Positions 1-12,151 of a stretch of 64,000 nucleotides of DNA are shown piece by piece. The translations under genes and the position numbers were made by a program. Under the pieces are notes generated by a model. The model did no database searches. It saw nothing but the letters and a program-made list of their open reading frames with translations, and was not told where the DNA came from. The DNA is from Nannocystis bainbridge. Its GTDB lineage: Bacteria; Myxococcota_A; Polyangia; Nannocystales; Nannocystaceae. The stretch lies in assembly GCF_028368995.1 (NCBI RefSeq), contig NZ_JAQNDL010000001.1:3744001-3808000 (forward strand), read 5' to 3'. Positions within the stretch are counted from its first letter, which is position 1. The number at the start of each line of letters is the position of its first letter.

Positions 1-1273
1 CGGCACCACCCGGGCCCCGGTGCTGTGGCGCTACGACAGCGGCGACCGGGCCTTCGGCGTGTTCGTCGACGACGAGCTCTGCTGGGTCGGCGACGACGAC
101 GGCCAGATCTCCGCGCTCGACCACGAGGGCAAGGTCGTGCGGCGCATGAAGGTCCCCGAGGGCGTCATGAGCCTCGTGCGCGACGATCAATGGCTGTACT
201 GCGGCTGCCAGGACGGCAAGGTCTACGACCTCAGCGGCAGCCAGCCGTTCGAGGCCTACGAGATCAGCGAAGACGTCAACATCCTCTGGCTCGACATCCA
301 CGACGGTTCGCTCGCCGTCAGCAGCAACGACGGCCAGGTCACCGTGCTCGACCACGACTGCGACAAGCTGTGGGCCAAGAAGAGCTACGGCCACGGCGGC
401 TGGATGGTCCGCTGCGACGGCGCCGGCATCTACCACGGCCACGCCGACGGCATCACCGCTTACGACTGGAGCGGCAAGAAGCTGTGGGCCAAGAAGACCG
501 AGGGCAGCGTCCTGTTCGGCTGGCAGGAGGACACCGAGGTCTACGCCGGCACCAGCTCCGACCACGTCGAGGTGTTCACCAAGGCCGGCGTCCAGGGCCG
601 GCGCTACAAGTGCGACGACAGCGTCTTCTCCTGCGCCGCCGCGCCCGGCGGCAAGTACGTGTTCGCCGGCGACAACGCCTCCTCCGTCTATTGCTTCGAC
701 CGCGCCGGCGCTCGCCTGTGGAAGCTCGACACCACCTGCGGCTCGGCGCTGTCGATGCAGTACCACGCCGACAAGCTCTACATCGTCACCGGCGACGGCG
801 CCTTCGCTTGCATCGACGTCAGCGAGGCCGCGATCGCCCAGGCGCGCGAGGGCAAGGTCCCTGACCTCAAGCTCGTCAAGGCCGAGCGCAGCGTCCAGGT
901 CGCCACCGTCGGCCAGGCGCTGCCGCAGGCCGCCGCCGGGGCCGCCGGCGTGCTCGTCGAGTGCGTCGACGAGGGCGGCAAGATCCGCGTGCGGCCGCTG
1001 TCGCCCGGCTTCGACGCCGAGTTCAACGTCCAGTTCCCGCGCGACATCCGGACCCCCGGCACGCGTTACCTGGTCGACGGCCTCGAGCTCTCGGGCAGCG
1101 GCGGCTTCTACCGCGTGCGCGGCCAGATCCGCATCGCGCCCGCGGCTGCCGGCGAGGCGGCTGGTCCGGTCGTCGCCAAGAAGGCCGCCAAGAAGGTCGC
1201 CGCGGACGCGCCGGCCAAGAAGGTCAGCAAGGCCGCGCCGGCCAAGAAGACCGCCAAGAAGGTCCGCGCCTGA
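1..1273 (+). CDS. WD40/PQQ-like beta-propeller protein (probably WGR/MolR-type), 5'-truncated, with Lys/Ala-rich C-terminal tail
   Basis: Frame open from window start; repeated ~40-aa blades (LWAKK, LWKLDT, YAGTS); C-terminal NVQFPRDIR...GGFYRVRG domain and AKKAAKK tail. Confidence 0.7.
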   Translation, partial: GTTRAPVLWRYDSGDRAFGVFVDDELCWVGDDDGQISALDHEGKVVRRMKVPEGVMSLVRDDQWLYCGCQDGKVYDLSGSQPFEAYEISEDVNILWLDIHDGSLAVSSNDGQVTVLDHDCDKLWAKKSYGHGGWMVRCDGAGIYHGHADGITAYDWSGKKLWAKKTEGSVLFGWQEDTEVYAGTSSDHVEVFTKAGVQGRRYKCDDSVFSCAAAPGGKYVFAGDNASSVYCFDRAGARLWKLDTTCGSALSMQYHADKLYIVTGDGAFACIDVSEAAIAQAREGKVPDLKLVKAERSVQVATVGQALPQAAAGAAGVLVECVDEGGKIRVRPLSPGFDAEFNVQFPRDIRTPGTRYLVDGLELSGSGGFYRVRGQIRIAPAAAGEAAGPVVAKKAAKKVAADAPAKKVSKAAPAKKTAKKVRA

Positions 1274-1564
1274 GCGCGTGCGCGTCGCGTTCAGTCGCGG
1301 CGCGCCTCCTCGCGGCCACGCGAAGCGAGACAGCCGTGCCCGAGCGATGCGAGGGCACGTCGCACTCGGCCGTGCACCGCCTCTCGAGGCCCTCGTATCG
1401 CGCGGGTGTCCGGGTCCGGACACCCGCCCGTCGCCCATTTTAAAACATGTCCCGAAGGACATTTCATTCTCGCCTCACGCGCCCGCGCCTGCGTGCGTGA
1501 GCGCCGGCCCGGCGGCGGGCGCGACGGCTCGCGCGTGGGGGCGCCCCGGTATACTCGCGGCGCA

Positions 1565-2458
1565 GTGGCGGCCTTCGGCTACATCTTGCTGTGCCTGATC
1601 TGGGGCTCGACCTGGCTGGCGATCAAGCTCGGCGTCGACGCTGGCATGCCGCCGCTGCTCGGCGCCTCGCTGCGGTTCGCCATCGCTGCCGCCCTGCTGC
1701 TGCCGGCCGCGCGCGTCCTGGCCCCGGCCGCCTTCCGCGACCGCACCGCCTGGCGGCTCGCGCTCCTGGTCGGCCTGCTCAGCTTCGGCTTCGGCTACGG
1801 CTGCACTTACATCGCCGCGCTGTGGATCCCCTCCGGCCTCGGCTCCTTGACCTTCGGCTTCTTCCCGTTCTGGGTCGCCGTCCTCGCTCACTTCATCCTC
1901 AAGGAGCGGCTCACCCTCGCCAAGCTGCTCGCCATCGGCCTCGGCTTCTCCGGCCTCGCCCTGCTCTCGTACGGCAGCCTGCGCGAGCTCGGGGCCGACA
2001 CCGCGCTCGGCGTCGGCATCGTCACCTGCTCCGTGCTCGTGCAGGGCTTCCCACAGGTCATGATCAAGCGCGACGGCAAGGACGTGCCGACCGTGTTCCT
2101 CAGCGGCGCCGGCATGCTGATCGGCAGCATCGTGCTCGCGCTGGTGGCCGGGCTCGCCGGCGAGTGGTCGCGGCCGTTTCCGTGGACGCCGCCCGTCGTG
2201 CTCTCGGTCGGCTACCTCGCGCTGATGGGCTCGATCGTCACCTTCATGATCTACTACGGCCTGCTGAAGCGGCTGAGCGCCACCCTCATGGCCCTCGTCG
2301 CCCTCATCACCCCGCCGATCGCCGTGGTCCTCGGCAGCATCTACCGCGACGAGAAGCTCGGCGCCCTCACCCTCACCGGCGGGGCGATCGTGCTCGTCGG
2401 CGTCGGCCTGTTCCAGCTCGAGGAGCGCCGCGTCACTCGCCTGCGCCGCGGCGCCTGA
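1565..2458 (+). CDS. EamA/DMT family transporter
   Basis: LIWGSTWLAIK start motif, ~10 hydrophobic helices, two EamA halves; GTG at 1565 preferred over the ORF-track start 1406. Confidence 0.9.
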   Translation: MAAFGYILLCLIWGSTWLAIKLGVDAGMPPLLGASLRFAIAAALLLPAARVLAPAAFRDRTAWRLALLVGLLSFGFGYGCTYIAALWIPSGLGSLTFGFFPFWVAVLAHFILKERLTLAKLLAIGLGFSGLALLSYGSLRELGADTALGVGIVTCSVLVQGFPQVMIKRDGKDVPTVFLSGAGMLIGSIVLALVAGLAGEWSRPFPWTPPVVLSVGYLALMGSIVTFMIYYGLLKRLSATLMALVALITPPIAVVLGSIYRDEKLGALTLTGGAIVLVGVGLFQLEERRVTRLRRGA

Positions 2459-2643
2459 GCGGCGATTCGCGGTCCTTCGCGCCACGGACATCCTCGCCGG
2501 GCCCCGCGCGCGCACCCATTCGCCGACGGCCTGAGCCCATCGTTCGGGCCGCGAATCACCGCCCTGTCGCCGGGCGTCCCCACGTCCCTCGCCGCTCCGT
2601 CCGTCTTCACAGCGCGAGCGCGGACGCGATACATTGGCGGTCT

Positions 2644-3378
2644 ATGGAATCTTCGGCCTATCGCAGCCTCGCCTTTTTGTTCTCGCTCGGGAGCTTGCCG
2701 GTCGCCTGCAACCCCAAGGGCGGTGCCACCACCGACGGCGGCACCGGCGGCACCGACCCGACGACCGGAACCACCGACGGCACCGGCAGCAGCGCGACCG
2801 ACGGCGCGACCACCGAGCCGACCACCGGGCCGACGACCACCGACCCGGGCGGCACCACCGACACCGGCGACACCACCGACACCGGGAGCGCCGACGAAGC
2901 CTGCCAGGCCTATGTCGCTTACCTGCTCAGGTGCGAGCCCGGGCTCGAGCCGATGATGGACGCGTACCTCGCCTACTGCTCGATGACCCGGAGCCGGACC
3001 GAGGCCGTGTACGGTCCGGCCTGCCTCGCCCTGTACGACGCCGCCTTCGTGTGCCTGGGGACCAGCGAGTGCGAGGATCCATCCGCCTGCGAGGCCGAGT
3101 GGGACGCCGCCGACGGCTGCCTGCCGGAGGCCGGCGCGATCTGCGTCGCGTTCGCCGCCAAGGAGGCCGAGTGTTACGGCACGCCTGTGCCCGACTACGC
3201 CGCCGGCGCGTGTCAGGCCTATCTCAACTACCAGGCTTACGCCTACGGCACCGCGTGCGGCACCGCCTACGACGAGTGGTACGCCTGCCTCACCGAGCTG
3301 CCGTGCCTCGAGTTCCAGATGCGCGCCGGCTGTGACGCGCAGCAGGACCAGATCGCCCTCGCCTGCGGCGGCGCGTAG
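2644..3378 (+). CDS. Cys-rich lipoprotein with Thr/Gly linker and two repeated Cys-rich helical domains
   Basis: ATG 2644; lipobox-like LPVAC; TTDGGT-rich linker; duplicated C-x-A...C...YG-x-AC pattern. Confidence 0.75.
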   Translation: MESSAYRSLAFLFSLGSLPVACNPKGGATTDGGTGGTDPTTGTTDGTGSSATDGATTEPTTGPTTTDPGGTTDTGDTTDTGSADEACQAYVAYLLRCEPGLEPMMDAYLAYCSMTRSRTEAVYGPACLALYDAAFVCLGTSECEDPSACEAEWDAADGCLPEAGAICVAFAAKEAECYGTPVPDYAAGACQAYLNYQAYAYGTACGTAYDEWYACLTELPCLEFQMRAGCDAQQDQIALACGGA

Positions 3379-3386
3379 CCGCTGGC

Positions 3387-3456
3387 GGTCCCTGAGGACA
3401 TGTCCATCAGGACATGCCCATCAGGACATGCCTCTCAGACCATGTCCGAAGGTTCC
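3387..3456. repeat. Phased array of 14-bp TGTC-N6-GACA units at a convergent gene junction
   Basis: Units start at 3387, 3401 (perfect), 3415, 3429, 3443; CATG every 14 nt. Confidence 0.85.
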
Positions 3457-6400
3457 TTCACCGGCGCCGGCACCTGCGCCACCGTGCGCGGCGGCGGGTC
3501 GCGGCGGGCGACCACCACGTAGAACACCGGGACCAGGGCGATGCCGAGGATCGTGCCGGTGGTGACGCCGCCGAGCACCGCCACGCCGATGGCGTTCTGC
3601 GCCCCCGCGCCCGCGCCGGCCGACAGCGCCAGCGGCAGGACGCCGAGGCCGAACGCCAGCGAGGTCATCAAGATCGGTCGCAGGCGCTCGCGGGCGGCCT
3701 CGAGCGCGGCCTCGACCCCGCTCTTGCCGTGCTCGCGCAGCTCCTTGGCGAACTCGACGATGAGGATCGCGTTCTTGGCCGACAGGCCGATCGTCGTCAG
3801 CAGGCCGACCTGGAAGTAGACGTCGTTGGCGAACCCGAAGATGAGGGTCGTCGACACCGCGCCGGCGACCCCGAGCGGGACGCCGAGCAGCACGGCGATG
3901 GGGATCGACCAGCTCTCGTACAGCGCGGCGAGGCACAGGAACACGACCAGCAGCGACAACGCGTAGAGCATCATCGCCCCGGCGCCCGACATCCGCTCCT
4001 CGTACGACAGGCCCGACCACTCGTGGCCGACGCCGTTCGGCATCTGCGTCATCAGCCGCTCGAGCGTCTCCATCGCGTCGCCCGAGCTGAAGCCCGGGGC
4101 CGGCTCGCCCTGGATGAGGATCGTCGGGTAGCCGCCGAAGCGGTCGAGCTTGGGCGAGCCGAAGGTCCAGTTGCCGCTGGCGAACGCCGAGAACGGCACC
4201 ATCTCGCCGGTCCTGTTGCGCACGTACCAGCGGTTGATGTCGTCGGGCTGCATGCGGTACGGCGCGTCGCCCTGCAGGTACACCCGCTTGGTCCGCCCGA
4301 GGTCGAGGAAATCATTGACGTAGATGCCGCCCCAGGTGGCCGCCAGCGTCGCGTTGATGTCGGACAGGGCCACGCCGAGCGCCGCCGCCTTCTCGCGGTC
4401 GACCTCGATGCGGTACTGCGGCGTGTCGTCGAGCCCGCCCTGACGCACCTTGGTCAGCGACGGCTCCTTCATCGCCAGCTCGAGCAGCCCGTCGCGCGCG
4501 GCGATCAGCGCCTCGTGCCCGAGCCCCGCGCGGTCCTGCAGCTGCAGCTGGAAGCCGGTCGCGTTGCCGAGCTCGGAGATCGCCGGCGGCACGAACGCGA
4601 ACACCGTCGCCTCCTTGATCTTGCTGAAGGCCATCGTCGCGCGCTTGGTGACCGCGCTGGCCTTGAGCTCCGGCGCCTCGCGGTCCTTCCAGTCGCGCAG
4701 GCGGATGAACGCGAGCCCCGAGTTCTGCCCGCGACCGCTGAAGCCGAACCCGGAGATCGAAAGCACCGACTCGACCGCGTCGCCCTCCTGCTGCAGGAAG
4801 TAGTCGCCGAGCTGGGCCATGACCACGCGGGTGCGCTCCATCGTCGACCCCGGCGGCAGCAGCACCTGCACGGTGATCGAGCCCTGGTCCTCCTCGGGCA
4901 AGAAGCCGGTCGGCATGCGCATGAACCCGACCGCGACCCCGGCCGTCAGCGCCAGGAACACCAGCATCGAGGTCTTGCGCCAGCGCAGCAGCCCGGCGAC
5001 GCCGCGGTGGTAGAGGTTCGCCGTGCGCTCGTAGCCGCGGTTGAACAGGCCGAAGAACCCGCGCGTGGCCAGCCCGTGCCCGGGCTTGAGCAGCGTGGCG
5101 CACAGCGCCGGCGTCAGGATCATCGCCACCGCGACCGACAGCGCCATCGAGGCCACGATCGTGATCGAGAACTGGCGGTAGATCGTGCCGACCGAGCCGG
5201 CGAAGAACGCCATCGGGATGAACACGGTCGCCAGCACCAGCGCGATGCCGATCAGCGCCCCCGTGATCTGGTCCATCGACCGCCGGGTCGCCTCGCGCGG
5301 CTCGAGCCCGGTCTCGTGCATGATGCGCTCGACGTTCTCGACCACCACGATCGCGTCGTCGACCAGCAGGCCGATCGCCAGCACCATGCCGAACATCGTC
5401 AGGGTGTTGATGCTGTAGCCGAACGCCGCCAGCACCCCGAACGTGCCCATCAGCACCACCGGGACCGCCAGCGTCGGGATCAGCGTGGCGCGGAAGCTCT
5501 GCAGGAACAGATACATCACCGCGAACACCAGCACGATCGCCTCGACCAGGGTCTTGATGACCTCCTTGATCGAGATCTTGACGAACGGGGTGGTGTCGAC
5601 CGGATAGACCGTCTTGAGCCCGGGCGGGAAGAACGCTTCGAGCTCGACCAGGCGGGCCCGGATCGCGTCGGCGGTGTTGAGCGCGTTGGCCCCGACGGCC
5701 AGGCGGATGCCCATCGCCGCCGTCGGCTTGCCGTTATAAAAGCTCTCGACGTCGAAGCTCTCGCCCGCGAGCTCGACGCGGGCCACGTCGCGCAGCCGCA
5801 CCTGCGAGCCGTCGGGGTTGACGCGCAAGTAGATCGCCGCGAACTCCTCCGCCGTCTGCAGCCGCGTCTGCGCCGTGATCGTCGCGTTGAGCTGCTGGCC
5901 CTTGACCTGCGGCAGGCCGCCGAACTGCCCGGCCGAGACCTGCGCGTTCTGGGCCTGGATCGCCGCGACCACGTCGAGCGGCGTCATCTTGTACGAGATG
6001 AGCTTGTCGGGGTTCATCCACACCCGCATCGCGTACTGCGAGCCGAACGCCTGCACGTCGCCGACGCCCGGCACGCGGCTGACCGGGTCCTGCAGCGCCG
6101 ACACCACGTAGTCGGCGATGTCGTTGCGGGTCATGCTGCCGTCCATCGACACGAAGCCGGCGATCATCAGGAAGTTGCTGGCCGACTTGACGACGCGCAC
6201 GCCCTGGCGCTGGACCTCTTGCGGCAGCTGCGGCATCGCCAGCTGCAGCTTGTTCTGCACCTGGACCTGGGCGATGTCGGGATCGGTGCCCGGCTCGAAG
6301 GTCAACGTCAACTGGGCCGAGCCGGTGCCGTCGCTCGACGACGACACGAACCGCAGCCCGTCGAGCCCGACCATACGCTGCTCGATCACCTGCGTGACCG

Positions 6401-6578
6401 TGTCCTCGAGCGTCTTGGCCGAGCCACCCGGATAACTCGCGCTGACCGAGATCGTCGGCGGCGCGATCGCGGGGTACTGCGCGATCGGCAGCGACACGAT
6501 CGCCAGCCCGCCCACCAGCACGACGATGATCGCCAGGACGATGGCGAAGATCGGTCGATCGATGAAGAACCTCGACAC
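3435..6578 (-). CDS. acrB: HAE1-family RND efflux permease (AcrB/MexB-like)
   Basis: [12 protein letters not shown] start, [38 protein letters not shown]; 1047 aa. Confidence 0.95.
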   Translation of the reverse strand: MSRFFIDRPIFAIVLAIIVVLVGGLAIVSLPIAQYPAIAPPTISVSASYPGGSAKTLEDTVTQVIEQRMVGLDGLRFVSSSSDGTGSAQLTLTFEPGTDPDIAQVQVQNKLQLAMPQLPQEVQRQGVRVVKSASNFLMIAGFVSMDGSMTRNDIADYVVSALQDPVSRVPGVGDVQAFGSQYAMRVWMNPDKLISYKMTPLDVVAAIQAQNAQVSAGQFGGLPQVKGQQLNATITAQTRLQTAEEFAAIYLRVNPDGSQVRLRDVARVELAGESFDVESFYNGKPTAAMGIRLAVGANALNTADAIRARLVELEAFFPPGLKTVYPVDTTPFVKISIKEVIKTLVEAIVLVFAVMYLFLQSFRATLIPTLAVPVVLMGTFGVLAAFGYSINTLTMFGMVLAIGLLVDDAIVVVENVERIMHETGLEPREATRRSMDQITGALIGIALVLATVFIPMAFFAGSVGTIYRQFSITIVASMALSVAVAMILTPALCATLLKPGHGLATRGFFGLFNRGYERTANLYHRGVAGLLRWRKTSMLVFLALTAGVAVGFMRMPTGFLPEEDQGSITVQVLLPPGSTMERTRVVMAQLGDYFLQQEGDAVESVLSISGFGFSGRGQNSGLAFIRLRDWKDREAPELKASAVTKRATMAFSKIKEATVFAFVPPAISELGNATGFQLQLQDRAGLGHEALIAARDGLLELAMKEPSLTKVRQGGLDDTPQYRIEVDREKAAALGVALSDINATLAATWGGIYVNDFLDLGRTKRVYLQGDAPYRMQPDDINRWYVRNRTGEMVPFSAFASGNWTFGSPKLDRFGGYPTILIQGEPAPGFSSGDAMETLERLMTQMPNGVGHEWSGLSYEERMSGAGAMMLYALSLLVVFLCLAALYESWSIPIAVLLGVPLGVAGAVSTTLIFGFANDVYFQVGLLTTIGLSAKNAILIVEFAKELREHGKSGVEAALEAARERLRPILMTSLAFGLGVLPLALSAGAGAGAQNAIGVAVLGGVTTGTILGIALVPVFYVVVARRDPPPRTVAQVPAPVKEPSDMV

Positions 6579-6590
6579 GCGCGACTCCTG

Positions 6591-7871
6591 TTATTGCCTG
6601 GCCGCCTCGGCCTTGCCTTCGCCGGCGGCGGGCGCCGCCTCGGCCTTGCCCTCGCTCGCGGCGGCGGCGGGTGGGTTCTCGGCCTTGCCGTCGCCGGCTG
6701 CGACCGCCTCGGGCGGCTTGTCGCCCGGGGCGGGCGCTTCGTCGGGCGCGGCGGCCACGGTCGTGACCTGCGCGCCCGGGCGGATCTTCTGCAGCCCGTC
6801 GACGATCACCTGCTCGCCGGCGAACAGCCCCGAGGTCACGCGCCAGGCGTTGCCGACCACGCGATCGGCGACCAGCTTGCGCCGCTCGACCTTGTTCTCG
6901 GCGCCGACCACCATCGCCCACGCCTGCCCGCGGGTGTCGCGGGTCACCGCCCGCTGCGGCACCAGCAGCGCCGCCGGGTCCTCGCCCTGGTCGACGCGGG
7001 CCCGCACGAACATGCCTGGCAGCAGCTCGCCGCGCGGGTTGGGGAACACCGCGCGCAGCACCACCGAGCCGGTGCCCGGCTCGACCGTCACGTCGGTGAA
7101 CTCGAGCGTGCCCGTCTCCGAATATTTGCTGCCGTCCTCGAGCAGCAACGTGACCGTCGCCGCCTCCCCGGCCGGGCGCAGCGCGTCGCTCTCGAGCTCG
7201 CGGCGCAGCCGCTGCAGCTCGGTCGTCGACTGCGTCACGTCGACGTAGACCTTGTCGATCTGCTGGATGGTCGCCATCAGCGTCGCCGGCGACTGCTGCA
7301 CGTAGGCGCCCTCCGTCACCGCCGAGCGGCCGATCCGTCCGCTCACCGGCGCGGTCACGCTGGTGTAGCCGAGGTTGATCTGGGCCGACTGCACCGCCGC
7401 CTTGTTGGCCGCGATGTCGGCCTCGATCGACTGCAGCGACGCCGCCGAGCGCTCCGCCGTCTCGGCGCTGACCGCCCCGGCGCTGGCCATCAGCTCCTCG
7501 TCGCGCTGGGCGATGTCTCGCGCCGAGTTCAGCCCCGACTGGGCCCGCCGCAGGCTGGCCTTCGCCGACTTCAGGCTGGCCTGATACGGCGCCGCCTCGA
7601 TGCGGTAGAGCGCCTGGCCCTCCTTCACCTCGCTGCCCTCTTCGAACAGCCGCTTCTCGACCACGCCGCTGACGCGCGCCCGCACCTCGGCGACCCGCAG
7701 CGCTGAAACCCGCCCCGGCAATTCGCGGGTCAGGGTCACGGGGGTGGGCGCCAGCGTCAGCACCCCGACCTCGACCGGCCCCGGGGCCGACTTCGGGGCC
7801 GCTGCCGACCCGGGCGAGCCACAGGCCACGAGCGCGAGCAACACCAGGGGAAAGAGCCGGGACGCGAGCAT
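6591..7871 (-). CDS. acrA: RND efflux periplasmic adaptor lipoprotein (AcrA/MexA-like)
   Basis: ATG 7871, lipobox LVAC, AEVRARVSG, APVSGRIG, LLPGMFVRAR; directly upstream of acrB. Confidence 0.92.
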   Translation of the reverse strand: MLASRLFPLVLLALVACGSPGSAAAPKSAPGPVEVGVLTLAPTPVTLTRELPGRVSALRVAEVRARVSGVVEKRLFEEGSEVKEGQALYRIEAAPYQASLKSAKASLRRAQSGLNSARDIAQRDEELMASAGAVSAETAERSAASLQSIEADIAANKAAVQSAQINLGYTSVTAPVSGRIGRSAVTEGAYVQQSPATLMATIQQIDKVYVDVTQSTTELQRLRRELESDALRPAGEAATVTLLLEDGSKYSETGTLEFTDVTVEPGTGSVVLRAVFPNPRGELLPGMFVRARVDQGEDPAALLVPQRAVTRDTRGQAWAMVVGAENKVERRKLVADRVVGNAWRVTSGLFAGEQVIVDGLQKIRPGAQVTTVAAAPDEAPAPGDKPPEAVAAGDGKAENPPAAAASEGKAEAAPAAGEGKAEAARQ

Positions 7872-7935
7872 GGAGCGAAATTGCGCGGCGTCGACCGCGA
7901 CCGCACAAACAATGCTCTGCGGGTGCTTGACGGTC

Positions 7936-7955
7936 AAGACTGTACCGTTCAGTTT
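7936..7955. promoter_or_regulatory. Probable TetR operator between divergent acrA and tetR
   Basis: Imperfect palindrome AAGACTG-TACCGTT-CAGTTT next to TTGACG (7927) and TTTAAT (7953). Confidence 0.55.
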
Positions 7956-7966
7956 AATCCCGTCGG

Positions 7967-8635
7967 ATGACTCACCCGGACAAGTCGGCGCGCCCGTGCG
8001 GTTTGGAGCACTCGCCGAAGCGACGCCAGATCCTGGCCGGCGCGCGCGAGGTGTTCGGCGAGATGGGCTTCGAGCGCGCCAGCGTCGACCAGGTCGCAGC
8101 TCGCGCAGGGGTCTCGAAGGCCACCGTCTACAACCACTTCCTCGACAAGAAGACGCTGTTCGTCGCCTGTTTCTCCGAGGAGGCCGACGATCTGCGCGAG
8201 GCGCTTCGCTGCAAGCTGCTGCGCAGCGAGCCTGACGGGGAGATCGCTCCGGCCCTGCAAGCCGTGGGCGAGCACCTCGTGTCGCTGGTCCTCGCACCGG
8301 CGATCGTCGCGCTGTACCGCAACACCGCGGCCGAGGTCGCGCGCTTCCCCGAGCTCGGGGCGCTGCTGTACGAGCGCGGCCCCGCGGCGATGCACGCCGC
8401 CATGGCCGAGTACCTGCGCCGCTGGCACGACCTCGGCGCCCTCAACCTCCCCGACGTGCACGCCGCGGGCATCCAGTTCTTCCTGCTGTGCAAGGGCGAC
8501 CTGGCGGTCCGCTCGCAGTTCGGCGTGCTCCCCGACCCGCTCGAACCGGCCATCGTCGCCACGGTCCAGCGCGCGGTCGCGGTGTTCCTCGCCGCCTACC
8601 GCCCGGCGCAAGCCTCGCCCGAGTCCGCGACCTGA
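7967..8635 (+). CDS. TetR/AcrR family regulator
   Basis: HTH GFERASVDQVAARAGVSKATVYNHF; C-terminal RFPELG motif; divergent from the efflux operon. Confidence 0.93.
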   Translation: MTHPDKSARPCGLEHSPKRRQILAGAREVFGEMGFERASVDQVAARAGVSKATVYNHFLDKKTLFVACFSEEADDLREALRCKLLRSEPDGEIAPALQAVGEHLVSLVLAPAIVALYRNTAAEVARFPELGALLYERGPAAMHAAMAEYLRRWHDLGALNLPDVHAAGIQFFLLCKGDLAVRSQFGVLPDPLEPAIVATVQRAVAVFLAAYRPAQASPESAT

Positions 8636-8672
8636 CCCGAAGCTTCGGCACACGCGAGGTCCGAGACCTACA

Positions 8673-8991
8673 TGTCCCCGAGGACATGTGATTTCCCCCG
8701 CGACCCGCCGGCGCCGACCTCGGCGTGAGGCGCTCTTCAGCGAGATCTCGCCCCGGCCCACGATCGAGAACCGCCGAACTGCTCAGCCCGCTCGTCGCAG
8801 CGAGGACACGTGAGACGCGGTCGCTCGCCTCCCCGACATGTCCCTCGGGACATGTGAACCCGCCAGCGTCCAAAGCTCGGCGGGAGCGCGCCTCCACGGG
8901 TCGTCATTCAGCCGAGCATCGGCTCAGCCAGGTCGCTCGCGCTTCAACATGACCTCCTGGACATGTCCCATGCGACATGTCCTGCCCGATT
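8673..8991. repeat. Cluster of TGTC-N6-GACA palindromes between convergent tetR and oxidoreductase genes
   Basis: Perfect copies at 8673, 8839, 8964; phased units 8950/8964/8978. Confidence 0.85.
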
Positions 8992-9944
8992 CACGGCAGC
9001 AGCACCAGCTTGCCCGTCAGTCGACCCTCGCGGCTGCGGGCCAGCGCTGCCTCGGCCTGCGTCAGCGGCATCGTCGCCTCGATCCGGACCTTCACCGCCC
9101 CGCTCGCCACCGCCGCCACCACCGGCTCCAGCCGCGCCCGCGTCGGCCGGCCGAGCACCAGCTTCGACGTGAACGGCGGTACCAGCCCGTTGAGGGCCTC
9201 GCCCACCGTCTCGCCGGCGATCATCACATGTCGCCCGCCGCGCGCCAGCAGCCGCCGGCAGGCCGTCCCGCTGTAGCCGCCCACGCAGTCGATCACCAGG
9301 TGGAACGGCCCGTGCGCGCGCGCCTCCACCAGCGGATCGCCCTGCGTGTAGTCGATCGCCGTCGCCCCCAGCGAGCGGACCAGCTCGAGGTTTCGCGTCG
9401 AGCACACCCCGACCGCGCTGCCGCCGGCGTGGCGCACGAACTGGACCACCAGCTGCCCGACCCCGCCCGAGGCCCCGAGCACCAGCGCCCGCTGGCCCGC
9501 CTGCAGCCGCCCGACCTCGCCCACGCACATCGACGCCGTCACCCCCGCGACCGGCAGCGCCCCGGCGACGACGATGTCGAAGCCCTCCGGCAGCGTCGCC
9601 ACCTGATCGTCGCGGACCACCACTGTGTCGGCCTGGCTGCCGCGCTGCTTGCGGGCGAAGTTGGTCCCACCGACCACGCGATCGCCGACGCGCACCCGCG
9701 TCCCCGCGCCCACCGCCGTCACCACCCCGGCGAAATCGATCCCCACCACCACCGGCGGCGGCGGCCCGATCAGCCGCGCCGCCAGCCGCAGCGGCCCGCG
9801 CGAGCGCATCTTCCAGTCGACCGGATTGACCCCGATCGCCTGCACCTCGACCACCAGCTCCCCGGCCCGCGGCGTCGGCGTCGGCAACTCCGTCATCACC
9901 AGTGGCTCGCCCTGAGCCCAGCTCCGCTGCGCCATCGCCCGCAT
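8991..9944 (-). CDS. NAD(P)-dependent MDR/quinone oxidoreductase-like alcohol dehydrogenase
   Basis: GVNPVDWK, GIDFAGVV, LVLGASGGVG, GKLVL terminus; start taken as MRAMAQ. Confidence 0.88.
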   Translation of the reverse strand: MRAMAQRSWAQGEPLVMTELPTPTPRAGELVVEVQAIGVNPVDWKMRSRGPLRLAARLIGPPPPVVVGIDFAGVVTAVGAGTRVRVGDRVVGGTNFARKQRGSQADTVVVRDDQVATLPEGFDIVVAGALPVAGVTASMCVGEVGRLQAGQRALVLGASGGVGQLVVQFVRHAGGSAVGVCSTRNLELVRSLGATAIDYTQGDPLVEARAHGPFHLVIDCVGGYSGTACRRLLARGGRHVMIAGETVGEALNGLVPPFTSKLVLGRPTRARLEPVVAAVASGAVKVRIEATMPLTQAEAALARSREGRLTGKLVLLP

Positions 9945-10082
9945 CACCGGACCCCCCGCGACGAAGGGCGAGCGCATGGCGTGCGGCGTGAAGCGGGGCT
10001 GTGCATGCCACGCATGGTAGCCGCGCCCGCCCGCCACGACCAGCGCCCCATCACCTCACCCGGCGTCGGCCCAGGCCGCCAC

Positions 10083-10156
10083 GACATGGCCGATGCGACA
10101 TGTCTATTCGCGCATGACCATTTTAACATGTCCCGAAGGACATATCCATCGACCAC
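10083..10156. repeat. Phased 14-bp TGTC-N6-GACA array
   Basis: Units at 10087, 10101, 10115, 10129 (perfect), 10143. Confidence 0.8.
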
Positions 10157-10165
10157 GCGCACCGC

Positions 10166-11200
<1,035 letters not shown>

Positions 11201-11239
11201 CGGGCTGGGATGACCGATCGCGCTGGCGGCGTCAACCCC

Positions 11240-11896
11240 TCACGGGTACGAGCAGCCTTGCAGCAGCACGTCGCGCGGCGCCGACAGCGTCACCGACGCC
11301 TCGGCCCGCAGCTCCATGTCGCCCGCGAGCACGGTCACGAGCACCTCGGCCGGCTTGCCGTCGAGCTGCCCCGGGTCGTGCACGTCCTCGGGCAGGTACA
11401 CCGGCGCGACGCCGATGAGCCCGGCCCACGGGTCCTCGCAGCCGATGTGATAGTCGACCTCGTCGCTGAAAAAATGACCCTCGCCGCCGAGGTCGAAGCC
11501 GGCGACGTCGACCTCGACCGTGAGCCGCACCTCGCTCGCGTGCGGGTCCCAGCCGCCGAGCGACGGGTAGAGCCCGAACATCCACCGCCCCTCGTCGCAC
11601 TCGATCGGCCACGGCGACCCATCGGTCAGCAGTTCGCCGCCGACGATGTAGAGCGAGAGGAACGGCGCCTCGGCCGCGGCCTGGAACCCGTGGCAGTAGC
11701 TCGCCGCCACCTCGCTGGTGGCCCCTGTCGCCGAGCCCGTCGCCGCGGTCGTCGTATCCGGCGCGGCGCCCTCCGTCGTCGCGCCGTCGTCGACCGGCGC
11801 CGCCGAGTCCGTCGCCCTCGTGGATCCTCCGCCGCTCTCGTAGTTGCACCCGGCCGCCGCGACGGCGACCCACGTGGTAAGGACGAGCTCCCGCAT
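11240..11896 (-). CDS. Hypothetical lipoprotein with Thr/Ala linker
   Basis: ATG 11896, lipobox AAGC, low-complexity linker then globular Cys-containing domain. Confidence 0.7.
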   Translation of the reverse strand: MRELVLTTWVAVAAAGCNYESGGGSTRATDSAAPVDDGATTEGAAPDTTTAATGSATGATSEVAASYCHGFQAAAEAPFLSLYIVGGELLTDGSPWPIECDEGRWMFGLYPSLGGWDPHASEVRLTVEVDVAGFDLGGEGHFFSDEVDYHIGCEDPWAGLIGVAPVYLPEDVHDPGQLDGKPAEVLVTVLAGDMELRAEASVTLSAPRDVLLQGCSYP

Positions 11897-12151
11897 GCTC
11901 GAAAAGGTAGCGCGATCGCGCGAGCCGCCACGCGACGCGTGTGATGCCGCGCTCACGCCCGCCGCGGGCCGCCCGCCGCGCCTCACAGGACATTCCCCAA
12001 AGGACATGTCCTCAAAGCCATCATCGTCTCCATCCCCGCGAGCAGCCGATCGTGACACCTGACCGATCCGCCAGGTCACCCTTCGTGCGCGCTTGCGCGC
12101 CCCGGGCTCGCGCGGCTGCGCGCGTGGCGTCGCCGGGCCGTTCGAGGCAGC

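Noticed and set aside
3414-7706. 1430-aa plus-strand ORF and similar long ORFs (30598-33555, 35724-37937, 43596-46739, 48935-51037, 58797-61172)
   Set aside because: Antisense or frame shadows of real genes caused by high GC3; Arg/Gly/His-rich with no motifs
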